64,000 nt of DNA from contig OZ296648.1 of NCBI GenBank assembly GCA_965655095.1, positions 161,882,001-161,946,000 on the forward strand, in the 5' to 3' direction. Both the position numbers and the translations under genes were made by a program. Below, in pieces: positions 43,000 through 55,503 of this stretch. The first letter of the stretch is position 1. Each line of letters begins with the position of its first letter. The notes beneath the pieces were generated by a model that made no database searches, had not been told where the DNA came from, and worked only from the letters and a program-made list of their open reading frames with translations. Source of the DNA: Haplodiscus bocki (lineage: Eukaryota).

Positions 43000-45900
43000 C
43001 CTTACGTTTGAAAGTTGAAGTTGTGGCGGTTTCTATCTTTCTTTACCTTGTCGTAGTTTTCAATCGTATTGCAGAGTGTCTAAAAGGTCAAAAAGTAGAG
43101 AGCTTTTAGGAGTTGACATTAAATTACCAACCAACAGAAAAACTTCAAGATTCAAAAAATATGCAGATGACCTTTTCAAAATTAGACTTTGTCAACAGGT
43201 TGCCGTGTTCATATTTTCCGCTAGGTATCAAACGTCAAAGTATCGAAAAAGCACGAATTCTAAAATCTTCTTGAAAGTCCTAGAAGAGTAACATAAATAA
43301 GTGGTGTTATATTTCGTGAAATAAGTGACATGCGATGAAACTTTGTATATGAAACAGAATTTCTGAATTTAAGCTGTCCTTCCAAGTTTTTATCAGGTGT
43401 AATTGTAACACCTTCTTAGTTTCTACAGCGGAAGTTCTGCTGATCCGCGATGTTATTTGAGTCCAATCAAATTCGTTTGGTTTAACCTTTCAATTGGTGA
43501 CAAGATTTTCATTTTTTTGGCAAAACGATTTTATCCATAGAGGCTCACAGTGCCCAAACTGGTGGAGATTTTTAATTTCTCATAGTTTCTATGAAAAGTG
43601 ACCTTTTATTCTAGGTTTCAGCCCTCTATAAACACTGTACGTTGAAAGACTTGCTAAAATCTTCAAAGATTTTACAAAGGCTCACAATTCCGACAGTTCT
43701 TAAAATATGATGGTATTATTGCTTTAAAATCTAGCTTACTAATGAGCAGCTCTTTTGAGTTTTGTGAAATCAGATCCCAACGTTCAAATTTTCGGGTTGT
43801 TCTCGTTCCTTTCGCTTTGTAAACTTGTTGATATTTTTTAAACGAGATCCACATGGCGGAAACTGTCAGAAACTTTGAAATTCCTCAAGAAATAACAAAG
43901 CTTGAACTCATGACAATTAATAAACTTTGAAACGGTGTTTTTAGAAGAAAAGTGGGAATCGTTTCAAATACCTGCATTTTTTCTAGTGTTTATTAAATTA
44001 CTGATGACGTCCCACGGTTCTAAAATCCGGCAAAAAAATAAGGTTTTTTCAGACTTTTTTTAGCATTTTCAAACTTTTAGTACTTTTAAACACTATGAAA
44101 CGAGTTCGCTAGGTTGAAACATACAAACCCAGATTAGTTTTTCAATTTTTGCTGTTTTCATTTCCTCATTATCCCTCAGAGCTCAGAGTGCTGAAAGTTC
44201 CGAATGAGTTAGAGTTGGTAAAAAGCTTCACCAGAGTTTGTCAAGACCAACAACAATGAAACCAGTGAATCATTTTCCAACCGTTCGAAATTTCAATTAC
44301 TAACTTGAAGTTCCGTTTTTTGCCAAACACATTTTGCTCGTCGTGTCTTGAGATGCCGAAAGTGGAGGAAACGCTACAAGTTGCACAGATTCCACCGCAT
44401 TTGGGAACTATCAGCTTTAGCCACCTGTATCAAAAAGTCTCTTCGCTGAAGAACTTTTAGATGTTTTCTTTGTTCTCGTCAAGGCTGACTGTGCCAAAAA
44501 TTGGGGAAAGGTTTTAAATTCAATGATATGTGAATTGACTATCTGATGAGCAGCTACATTTAAATCTAGGAATCGGGATCTTTACGTTTGAAAGTTGAAG
44601 TTGTGGCGGTCTCTATCTGTTTTTTACCTTGTCGGAGTTTTTCAAACGTATTGCAGAGTGTCGAAAGTTTCAAAAAGTATAGAGTTGTTAGGCGTTGACA
44701 TTAAATTACCAACCAACAGAAAAACTTCAAGATTCAAAATATATGCAGATGACCTTTTCAAACTGCATTACATTTTGTCAGCAAGTTATCGTGTTCATCT
44801 TTTCCATTAGGTCTCAAACGTCAAAGTGTCGAAAAGGCAGGGAATCTAACTTCTTTTTGAAAGTTCTCGAACAGTAACATATATAACTAGTGTTATTTTT
44901 TGTGAAGCAAGTTCCTTACGATGAGGCTTTGTAAATGAAACAGAATTTCTGAATTTTAAGCTGTCTTTCCAAGTCTGTATCAGGTGTAATTGTAACACCT
45001 TCTTAGATTCTACAGCGGAGGTTCTGGTGATCTGCGATTTTTTTTAGTCCAATCAAATTCGTTTGTTTTAACCTTTCAATTGGTAACAAGGTTTAAAATT
45101 TTTGGCAAAACGGTTTTGTCCATAGAGGCTCACAGCGCCGAAACTGGTAGATTTTTTTAGTTTCTCAAAGTATCTATTAAAAGTGACCCTTTATTCTAAA
45201 TTTCAGCCCTGTAAAGACACTGTACGTTGAAAGACTTGCTAATGTCTTCAAAGATTTTACAAATGCTCACAATTTTGACAGCTCTTAAAATATGATGGTA
45301 CCAATGCTTTAAAATCTAGCTTACTAATGAGCAGCTCTTTTGAGTTCCGTGAATTCATATCCCCACGTTCAAATTTTCGGGTTGTTCTCGTTCTTTTCGC
45401 TTTGTAACTTTGTTGATATTTTTCAAACGAGATCCACAGGGCAGAAACTTTCAGAAACTTTGAAATTCCTCAAGAAATAACAAAGCTTGAACTCATGACA
45501 ATTAATAAACTTTGAAACGGTGTTTTTAGAAGAAAAGTGGGAATCGTTTCAAATACCTGCCTTTTTTCTAGTGTTTATTAAATTACTGATGACGTCCCAC
45601 GGTTCTAAAATCCGGCAAAAAAATAAGGTTTTTTCAGACTTTTTTTTAGCATTTTCAAACTTTTAGTACTTTTAAACACTATGAAACGAGTTCGCTAGGT
45701 TGAAACATACAAACCCAGATTAGTTTTTCAATTTTTGCTGTTTTCATTTCCTCATTATCCCTCAGAGCTCAGAGTGCTGAAAGTTCCGAATGAGTTAGAG
45801 TTGGTAAAAAGCTTCACCAGAGTTTGTCAAGACCAACAACAATGAAACCAGTGAATCAATTTCCAACCGTTCGAAATTTCAATTACTAACTTGAAGTTCC

Positions 45901-48900
45901 GTTTTTTGCCAAACACATTTTGCTCGTCGTGTCTCGAGATGCCGAAAATGGAGGAAACGCTACAAGTTGCACAGATTCCACTGCATTTGGGAACTATCAG
46001 CTTTAGCCACCTGTATCAAAAAGTCTCTTCGCTGAAGAACTTTTAGATGTTTTCTTTGTTCTCATCAAGGCTGACTGTGCCAAAAATTGGGGAAAGGTTT
46101 TAAATTCAATGATATGTGAATTGACTTTCTGATGAGCAGCTACATTTAAATCTAGGAATCGGGATCTTTACGTTTGAAAGTTGAAGTTGTGGCGGTCTCT
46201 ATCTGTTTTTTACCTTGTCGGAGTTTTTCAAACGTATTGCAGAGTGTCGAAAGTTTCAAAAAGTATAGAGTTGTTAGGCGTTGACATTAAATTACCAACC
46301 AACAGAAAAACTTCAAGATTCAAAATATATGCAGATGACCTTTTCAAACTGCATTACATTTTGTCAGCAAGTTATCGTGTTCATCTTTTCCATTAGGTCT
46401 CAAACGTCAAAGTGTCGAAAAGGCAGGGAATCTAACTTCTTTTTGAAAGTTCTCGAACAGTAACATATATAACTAGTGTTATTTTTTGTGAAGCAAGTTC
46501 CTTACGATGAGGCTTTGTAAATGAAACAGAATTTCTGAATTTTAAGCTGTCTTTCCAAGTCTGTATCAGGTGTAATTGTAACACCTTCTTAGATTCTACA
46601 GCGGAGGTTCTGGTGATCTGCGATTTTTTTTTAGTCCAATCAAATTCGTTTGTTTTAACCTTTCCATTGGTAACAAGGTTTTAAAATTTTTGGCTAAACG
46701 GTTTTGTCCATAGAGGCTCACAGCGCCGAAACTGGTAGATTTTTTTAGTTTCTCAAAGTATCTATTAAAAGTGACCCTTTATTCTAAATTTCAGCCCTGT
46801 AAAGACACTGTACGTTGAAAGACTTGCTAATGTCTTCAAAGATTTTACAAATGCTCACAATTTTGACAGTTCTTAAAATATGATGGTACCAATGCTTTAA
46901 AATCTAGCTTACTAATGAGCAGCTCTTTTGAGTTCCGTGAATTCATATCCCCACGTTCAAATTTTCGGGTTGTTCTCGTTCTTTTCGCTTTGTAACTTTG
47001 TTGATATTTTTCAAACGAGATCCACAGGGCAGAAACTTTCAGAAACTTTGAAATTCCTCAAGAAATAACAAAGCTTGAACTCATGACAAAGAATAAACAT
47101 TGTAACGGTGTTTTTAGATGAAAAGTGGGAATCGTTTCAAATACCTGCATTTTTTCTAGTCTTGATTAAGTTACTGATGACGTCCCACGGTTCTAAAATC
47201 CCGCAAAAAAAAGTTTTTTCAGACTTTTTTAGCGTTGTCAATTTTTTAGCACTTTTAAACACTATGAAACCAGTTTGCTAGGTTGAAACATACAAACCCA
47301 GATTAGTTTTTCTATTTTTGCTGTTTCTCAAGTCCTCATTATCCCTCAGAGTGCTGAAAGTTCCGAATGAGTTAGAGTTGGTAAAATACTTCACCAGAGT
47401 TTGTCAAGACCAGCAACAATGAAACCTGTGAATCATTTTCCAAGCGTTCGAAATTTCAGTTACTAACTTGAAGTTCTGTTTTTTGCCAAACACATTTCGA
47501 TCAACGTGTCTCGCGATGCCGAAAAAGGAGGAAACGATACAAGTTGCACAGATTCCACTGCATTTGGGAACTATCAGCTTTATCCACCTGTATCAAAAAG
47601 TCTCTTCGCTGAAGAACTTTTAGATGTTTTAGATGTTTCCTTTGTTTTCAGCAAGGCTGACTGTGCCAAAAATTGGGAAAGGTTTTGAATTCAATGATAT
47701 GTGAATTGACTTTCTGATGAGCAGCTATATTTAAATCTAGGAGTCGGGATCTTTACGTTTGAAAGTTGAAGTTGTGGAGGTCTCTATCTGTTTTTTACCT
47801 TGTCGGAGTTTTTCAAACGTATTGCAGAGTGTCGAAAGTTTCAAAAAGTATAGAGTTGTTAGGAGTTGACATTAAATTACCAACCAGCAGAAAAACTTCA
47901 AGATTCAAAATATATGCAGATGACCTTTTCAAACTGCATTACATTTTGTCAGCAAGTTATCGTGTTTATCTTTTCCATTAGGTATCAAACGTCAAAGTGT
48001 CGAAAAGGCAGGGAATATAACTTCTTTTTGAAAGTTCTCGAACAGTAACATATATAACTAGTGTTATTTTTTGTGAAGCAAGTTCCTTACGATGAGGCTT
48101 TGTAAATGAAACAGAATTTCTGAATTTTAAGCTGTCTTTCCAAGTCTGTATCAGGTGTAATTGTAACACCTTCTTAGATTCTACAGCGGAGGTTCTGGTG
48201 ATCTGCGATTTTTTTTTAGTCCAATCAAATTCGTTTGTTTTAACCTTTCCATTGGTAACAAGGTTTTAAAATTTTTGGCTAAACGGTTTTGTCCATAGAG
48301 GCTCACAGCGCCGAAACTGGTAGATTTTTTTAGTTTCTCAAAGTATCTATTAAAAGTGACCCTTTATTCTAAATTTCAGCCCTGTAAAGACACTGTACGT
48401 TGAAAGACTTGCTAATGTCTTCAAAGATTTTACAAATGCTCACAATTTTGACAGTTCTTAAAATATGATGGTACCAATGCTTTAAAATCTAGCTTACTAA
48501 TGAGCAGCTCTTTCGAGTTCTGTCAATTCAGATCCCCACGTTTAAATTTTCGGGTTGTTCGCGTTCCTTTCGCTTTTTTTGACTGATTGGTATTTTTCAA
48601 ACGAGTTCCACATGGCAGAAACCGTCAGAAACTCTAAAATTCCTCAAGAAATAACAAGGATTCTATTCTTGACAATTAATAAACATTGTGACGGTTTTTT
48701 TAGGTGAACAGTGGGAGTCGTGTCAAATATCTGCATTTTTTTCTTTTGTTTATTAAGTTACTGATGAGGTCCCACGGTTCTAAAATCCCGCAAAAAAAAA
48801 TAAATTTTTTCAGACTTTTTTGACGATTTTAGAATTTTAGCACTTTTAAACACTATGACACCAGTGTGCTACGTTGAAACATTCAACCCAAAAAAGTTTT

Positions 48901-51900
48901 TCTAATTTTGCTGTTTTTCAGTTCCTCATTATCTCTCAGAGTGCTGGAAAATCCGAAAGAGTTAGAGTGGGTAAAAAACTTCACCAGAGTTTGTCAAGAC
49001 CAGCAACAATGAAACCCCTGAATCATTTTGCAAGCGTTCGAAGTTTCAATGGCTAGCTTGAAGTTCTGTTTTTTTGCCACACACATTTTGCTCGTCGTGT
49101 CTCCAGATGCCGCAAATGGAGGAGACGCTACAAGTTGCACAGATTCCACTGCATTTGGGAACTATCAGTTGTATCTACCTGTATCAAAAAGTCTCTTCGC
49201 TGAAGAACTTTTAGATGTTTTCTTTGTTCTCATCAAGGCTGAGTGTGCCAAAAATTGGGGAAAGGTTTTGGATTGAATGATATATGAAGTGACTTTCTGA
49301 TGAGCAGCTACATTTAAATCTAGGAATCGAGATCTTTACGTTTGAAAGTTTGAAGTTGTGGCGGTCTCTATCTGTTTTTTACCTTGTCGGAGTTTTTCAA
49401 ACGTATTGCAGAGTGTCGAAAATGTCAAAAAGTATAGAGTTGTTCGGAGTTGACATTAAATTACCAACCAACAGAAAAACTTCAAGATTGAAAACATAGG
49501 CAGATGACCTTTTTAAACTGCATTACATTTTGTCAGCAAGTTATCGTGTTTATCTTTTCCATTAGGTATCAAACGTCAAAGTGTCGAAAAGGCAGGGAAT
49601 CTAACTTCGTTTTGAAAGTTCTAGAACAGTATCATATATAACCAGTGTTATTTTTCGTGAAGCAGGTTCCTTACGATGAGGCTTTGTGAATGAAACAGAA
49701 TTTCTGAATTTTAAGCTGTCTTTCCCAGTCTGTATCAGGTGTAATTGTAACACCTTCTTAGATTCTACAGCGCAGGTTCTGATGATCTGTGATAATATTT
49801 GAGTCCAATCAAGTTCGTTTGTTTTAACCGTTCAATTGGTAACAAGGTTTTAATTTTTCTGGCAAAACGATTTTGTCCATAGAGGCTCACAGCGGCGAAA
49901 CTGGTGGATTTTTTTCAAATTCTCATAGTATCTATCAAAAGTGACCTTTTATTCTAAAATTCAGCCCTGTATAATTACTGTACGTTGAAAGACTTGCTAA
50001 TGTCTTCAAAGATTTTACAAATGCTCACAATTCTGACAGTTCTTAAAATTCGATCGTTTCAATGCTTTAAAATCTAGCTTACTAATGAGCAGCTCTTTCG
50101 AGTTCTGTCAATTCAGATCCCCACGTTCAAATTTTTGGGTTGTTCGCGTTCCTTTCGCCTTCTTTGACTGGTTGGTATTTTTCAAACGAGTTCCACATGG
50201 CGGAAACCGTCAGAAACTCTAAAATTCCTCAAGAAATAGCAAGGATTCTATTCATAAACATTGTAACGGTTTTTTTAGGTCAACAGTGGGAATCGTGTCA
50301 AATATCTGCATTTTTTTCTTTTGTTTATTAAATTACTGATGAGGTCCCACGGTTCTACAATCCCGCAAAAAAAAATAATTTTTTTCAGACTTTTTTGACA
50401 ATTATAGAATTTTAGCACTTTTAAACACTATGACACCAGTGTGCTGCGTTGAAACATTCAACCCAAAAAAGTTTTTCTAATTTTGCTGTTTTTCAGTTCC
50501 TCATTATCTCTCAGAGTGCTGAAAAATCCGAAAGAGTTAGAGTGGGTAAAAAACTTCGCCAGAGTTTGTCAAGACCAGCAACAATGAAACCCATGAATCA
50601 TTTTGCAAGCGTTCGAAGTTTCAATGGCTAACTTGAAGTTCTGTTCTTTTGCCACACACATTTTGCTCGTCGTGTCTCGAGATGCCGAAAATGGAGGAAA
50701 CGCTACAAGTTGCACAGATTCCACTGCATTTGGGAACTATCAGTTTTATCCACCTGTATCAGAAAGGCTCTTCGCTGAAGAACTTTTAGATGTTTTCTTT
50801 GTTCTCATCAAGGCTGACTGTGCAAAAAATTGGGGAAAGGTTTTAAATTCAATGATATGTGAATTGACTTTCTGATGAGCAGCTACATTTAAATCTAGGA
50901 ATCGGGATCTTTACGTTTGAAAGTTGAAGTTGTGGCGGTCTCTATCTGTTTTTTACCTTGTCGGAGTTTTTCAAACGTATTGCAGAGTGTCGAAAGTTTC
51001 AAAAAGTATAGAGTTGTTAGGCGTTGACATTAAATTACCAACCAACAGAAAAACTTCAAGATTCAAAATATATGCAGATGACCTTTTCAAACTGCATTAC
51101 ATTTTGTCAGCAAGTTATCGTGTTCATCTTTTCCATTAGGTCTCAAACGTCAAAGTGTCGAAAAGGCAGGGAATCTAACTTCTTTTTGAAAGTTCTCGAA
51201 CAGTAACATATATAACTAGTGTTATTTTTTGTGAAGCAAGTTCCTTACGATGAGGCTTTGTAAATGAAACAGAATTTCTGAATTTTAAGCTGTCTTTCCA
51301 AGTCTGTATCAGGTGTAATTGTAACACCTTCTTAGATTCTACAGCGGAGGTTCTGGTGATCTGCGATTTTTTTTTAGTCCAATCAAATTCGTTTGTTTTA
51401 ACCTTTCCATTGGTAACAAGGTTTTAAAATTTTTGGCTAAACGGTTTTGTCCATAGAGGCTCACAGCGCCGAAACTGGTAGATTTTTTTAGTTTCTCAAA
51501 GTATCTATTAAAAGTGACCCTTTATTCTAAATTTCAGCCCTGTAAAGACACTGTACGTTGAAAGACTTGCTAATGTCTTCAAAGATTTTACAAATGCTCA
51601 CAATTTTGACAGTTCTTAAAATATGATGGTACCAATGCTTTAAAATCTAGCTTACTAATGAGCAGCTCTTTTGAGTTCCGTGAATTCATATCCCCACGTT
51701 CAAATTTTCGGGTTGTTCTCGTTCTTTTCGCTTTGTAACTTTGTTGATATTTTTCAAACGAGATCCACAGGGCAGAAACTTTCAGAAACTTTGAAATTCC
51801 TCAAGAAATAACAAAGCTTGAACTCATGACAAAGAATAAACATTGTAACGGTGTTTTTAGATGAAAAGTGGGAATCGTTTCAAATACCTGCATTTTTTCT

Positions 51901-52690
51901 AGTCTTGATTAAGTTACTGATGACGTCCCACGGTTCTAAAATCCCGCAAAAAAAAGTTTTTTCAGACTTTTTTAGCGTTGTCAATTTTTTAGCACTTTTA
52001 AACACTATGAAACCAGTTTGCTAGGTTGAAACATACAAACCCAGATTAGTTTTTCTATTTTTGCTGTTTCTCAAGTCCTCATTATCCCTCAGAGTGCTGA
52101 AAGTTCCGAATGAGTTAGAGTTGGTAAAATACTTCACCAGAGTTTGTCAAGACCAGCAACAATGAAACCTGTGAATCATTTTCCAAGCGTTCGAAATTTC
52201 AGTTACTAACTTGAAGTTCTGTTTTTTGCCAAACACATTTCGATCAACGTGTCTCGCGATGCCGAAAAAGGAGGAAACGATACAAGTTGCACAGATTCCA
52301 CTGCATTTGGGAACTATCAGCTTTATCCACCTGTATCAAAAAGTCTCTTCGCTGAAGAACTTTTAGATGTTTTCTTTGTTCTCATCAAGGCTGACTGTGC
52401 CAAAAATTGGGGAAAGGTTTTAAATTCAATGATATGTGAATTGACTTTCTGATGAGCAGCTACATTTAAATCTAGGAATCGGGATCTTTACGTTTGAAAG
52501 TTGAAGTTGTGGCGGTCTCTATCTGTTTTTTACCTTGTCGGAGTTTTTCAAACGTATTGCAGAGTGTCGAAAGTTTCAAAAAGTATAGAGTTGTTAGGCG
52601 TTGACATTAAATTACCAACCAACAGAAAAACTTCAAGATTCAAAATATATGCAGATGACCTTTTCAAACTGCATTACATTTTGTCAGCAG
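43000..52690. repeat. Subfamily C block, period 1575-1586 bp (~6 units)
   Basis: Anchors at 42968, 44548, 46134, 47719, 49302, 50877, 52454; diagnostic GTTTGAAAGTTGAAGTTGTGGCGG. The block ends abruptly at ~52690. Confidence 0.92.
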
Positions 52691-54450
52691 AATTTCTCTA
52701 ATGAACATCAAAATTAAATGGCTTTTTTTGAATTTCCAGACTGCAACAGAATTTTCATTTTTTTGGCCATTCTTTTTTGTACATGGAGCCTCACAATGCC
52801 AAAGCTTCGTGAAGTTTTACAGTTCCTCGTAAGTTCTGATAGGAGTGCCCTGTAACTGTAAAACTCGGCCGTTCAAAAATTCGTTAGGTTGGAAGACTTG
52901 TTGCTGTTTTCGGCAACTCCATCAAAGCTCACAGTCCAAAAAAGCTGTAAATGTGGTGGCTTTACAGTTCTGTATATTTTGTTACCAGTGAGCAGCTTCA
53001 AAAGAACCTATAAACTGGGATCCGTGGGTTTAAACTTCCAGAATGTAACACCTTCTCTCAGTTTTCAAATTGTAAAAACTTTTCAAACGTACTCCCGCGT
53101 GGCCAACAAGTCGGAAGATTTGGGGATGTCTTGAAATGGCACTGAAAACTGTAATCATTGGAAAAATTGAAGCTTGATAAATTGTTTAAGTTCTTTACTT
53201 GAATTTTGCAAATTGCCTCAGTTTTTCCCAACATATTGCTGCCTTCTTTTTTCCGATTAGGTCCCACAGTGCCACAAAAGCAAGGCTCTTTTTTGCGTTT
53301 TCAAAGAATTTCACGGACAGGTACTAATCATTATCAGTATTAAAGGATGCTGAGACAGGTTCTATACGTTAAAGTATTTTTAAATTTGCAAAATGCTTTA
53401 GTTTTTTTGAACGTTCTACTGCCTTCTCGTTTTGATCAAGAAGCTAGAGTAATGGTTTCAGTTTCCTGGAAATCTATAGACAACTTCCAGTCATCAACAG
53501 TGTTGAACACAGCGAAAAAAGATCACTTCGTTGAAATTCAATTTCGAAACTGTTTTTCTAAAAGTCTTGCTGTCTTTTTTCCACAATCAAGTCGTATGGT
53601 GTTGAAAGTTCCAGAATTCCCACAGTGTGACGACTTTTCCAACAGATTGTCTATTGACCAGAAAAACTAAATGGCTGGCTATTGAATTTTCAAAAAGCAA
53701 CACAGTTTTCAATTTTTTGGTTTTTTCCCTTTGTCCAAGGAGACTCAAAAAGCCAAAATTTCCGGCAATTTTACAGTTCCACCAAAATTCTACATTAAGT
53801 GCCACTTAACTGTTATCGTCTGCCATTTAAAAACTCTCCATATAGAAAATTTTGCTGTTCTTTTTAAAAAGTGTAATTAAACCTCACGGTCGTAAAAAAA
53901 TTGTTAGGAGGGTGGTTTCAAAAATTTTTAAACTGGGTTACTAATGAGCAGCTATTTCAATTTTTTTTAAATCAAAATCCCTACGCATAAACCTTTACGC
54001 TCTACTAAATTCTTCTTTTTGAATCTTTTTTTGAAATTTCAAGTCATTTCAACTTTGTGGCAAATGTCAGAAACACAAGATTGTTCAGATATCTCAAATA
54101 ATTTTCTAATCAGAAATATTAATGCTTGTAAAAGTTCTCTAACCAAAAAAATGCAGATTGCATTTCCTTTTCATGATATTTTGCTGACTTTTTTCTCCCA
54201 ATCAGGTCTGTAAAAGCCAAAAAATCCAGAATTATAAAAGTTTCTCAGGCCTTTTTTTTTAATTCCCAATCATCAACAGTTTTGAACTCCAGAAAAAAAA
54301 CTTCCTACGTTGAAGTAATCAAGTTGCACTAAAGTTTCTAACTTTCCAGTTTTTTTGTTACCCCATCATGTTTCATCGGGCTGAAAAATGCAGAATTGTT
54401 GCAGTGTCAAAATTTTTTCAACAGCGTTTTTGAAGCTTGTCCTTTTCTAA
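52690..54450. repeat. Highly diverged satellite remnants at the array edge
   Basis: Recognisable relics: CATGGAGCCTCACAATGCCAAA (~52782), GTTACCAGTGAGCAGCT (~52981), GGTTACTAATGAGCAGCT (~53937). Confidence 0.75.
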
Positions 54451-54509
54451 CGAAAGAGAGAAAAAAAGGAGTTTCTAAAAGCTAATTGAACTGTTTTATT
54501 TTTCTCCGG

Positions 54510-54616
54510 TGTAATGAAATACAAAGTTCGGACCATTAAAACAAAAAGCCGTTTTTGAATAAAAAGATATAAAACTTTCTAAAAAGAGTTTTCTGTGAAT
54601 ATTTTATTTCATTACA
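54510..54616. mobile_element. Candidate short LTR (or MITE): 107 bp, TG...CA, 12 bp terminal inverted repeat
   Basis: TGTAATGAAATA (54510-54521) is the exact reverse complement of TATTTCATTACA (54605-54616). No TSD, canonical PBS or adjacent PPT is seen. Confidence 0.45.
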
Positions 54617-54785
54617 GTTGCATAAGCCGGAGTAAGGGAGTTCACCATATGACGATACACTAATTCTATCCAATAATTGTCATAGTTCGGGTCGAAGTTC
54701 GACTCGTCATCAGTCTCAGTTCAGTCTCGGTGACTTTTTGTGTTTTTGGGATGATCATTGCTAATAATCAGACAAAATTTTAGGT

Positions 54786-54842
54786 TCAGAAATACGGCAC
54801 ACTACCCAACCGTTCCGGTGGTTCAAATATTCGTTTAGACTT
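54786..54842 (-). pseudogene. Putative C-terminal tail of a Ty3/gypsy-like Pol, truncated by the Polinton insertion
   Basis: Hand translation gives KSKRIFEPPERLGSVPYF*, which resembles the (R/K)S.R...P.RL motif common at Ty3/gypsy integrase C-termini. Only 18 aa. Confidence 0.4.
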
Positions 54843-54875
54843 TAGTAGTAGAGTAGTGAGCTGATCAGGTGGGGG

Positions 54876-54949
54876 GGTTGAAGACCCTATGTATTCAGAT
54901 AGGCTATAGCGAGCCAAGTCGAGCCAAGAGCCGAGAAGGGTCTTCAACC
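54876..54949. repeat. 13 bp perfect inverted repeat near the element terminus
   Basis: GGTTGAAGACCCT (54876-54888) and AGGGTCTTCAACC (54937-54949), 48 bp spacer. Confidence 0.85.
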
Positions 54950-54962
54950 GTAGCCGAGAGCT

Positions 54963-55038
54963 CTCGGGTGACGTAATACTCGATTCTGATTGGCTGACGA
55001 CTCGGGTTACGTAATACTCAAATTTGATTGGCTGCCGA
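54963..55038. promoter_or_regulatory. 2 x 38 bp direct repeat, each copy with a CRE/ATF-like site and an inverted CCAAT box
   Basis: CTCGGGTGACGTAATACTCGATTCTGATTGGCTGACGA and CTCGGGTTACGTAATACTCAAATTTGATTGGCTGCCGA. The repeat is seen directly; the regulatory role is inferred. Confidence 0.6.
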
Positions 55039-55042
55039 CCGT

Positions 55043-55503
55043 AATGTATTAAGATAGGGTATAGTTCAGCTCAATGTTTTAAGATAGGGTATAGTTCGGC
55101 TCAATGTATTAAGATAGGATATAGTTCCGCTCAATGTATTAAGATAGGGTATAGTTCGGCAATGTATTATGATAGGGTATAGTTCGGCTCAATGTATTAA
55201 GATAGGATATAGTTCGGCTCAATGTATTAAGATAGGGTATAGTTCGGCAATGTATTAAGATAGGGTATAGTTCGGCTCAATGTTTGAAGGTAGGGTATAA
55301 TTGGGCAATGTAATAAGATAGGGTATAGTTCGGGTCAAAGTATTAAGATAGGGAATAGTTCGGTTCAATGTATTATGATAGGGTATAGATCGGTTCAATG
55401 TATTAAGATAGGGTACAATTGGGGTCAATGTAATAAGATAGGGTATAGTTCGGTTCAATGTATTAACATAGGGTATAGTTAACGACATTGTATCAAGATA
55501 GGA
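55043..55503. repeat. Subterminal minisatellite, ~15.5 copies of a 28-30 bp unit
   Basis: Consensus AATGTATTAAGATAGGGTATAGTTCGGCTC; 28 bp variants lacking the final TC start at 55133, 55221 and 55279. Confidence 0.97.

Larger units (their letters stand above)
1..54450. repeat. Tandem macrosatellite array, ~35 units of mostly 1.4-1.6 kb, several subfamilies, degenerate right edge; runs off the left window edge
   Basis: Anchor GAGCAGCT (or a near variant) recurs at 419, 1789, 3194, 4600, 6007, 7413, 8957, 10499, 12041, 13590, 15099, 16680 ... 38816, 40314, 41604, 42968, 44548, 46134, 47719, 49302, 50877, 52454. Identical short ORF translations recur at the same period. Confidence 0.98.

Noticed and set aside
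1-52690. rDNA, 5S, tRNA, snRNA or histone tandem gene cluster
   Set aside because: No recognisable RNA-gene sequence, A/B boxes or histone coding frames in the unit.
125-54213. Dozens of 60-124 aa ORFs in the array
   Set aside because: They recur only because the DNA repeats, open and close with homopolymer indels, differ between subfamilies, often use non-ATG starts and show no protein motifs.
55043-55503. CRISPR array, or coding repeat ORF 55255-55488
   Set aside because: Head-to-tail units with no unique spacers, no cas genes and a eukaryotic context; the ORF is a by-product of the 30 bp period and is broken by 28 bp units.
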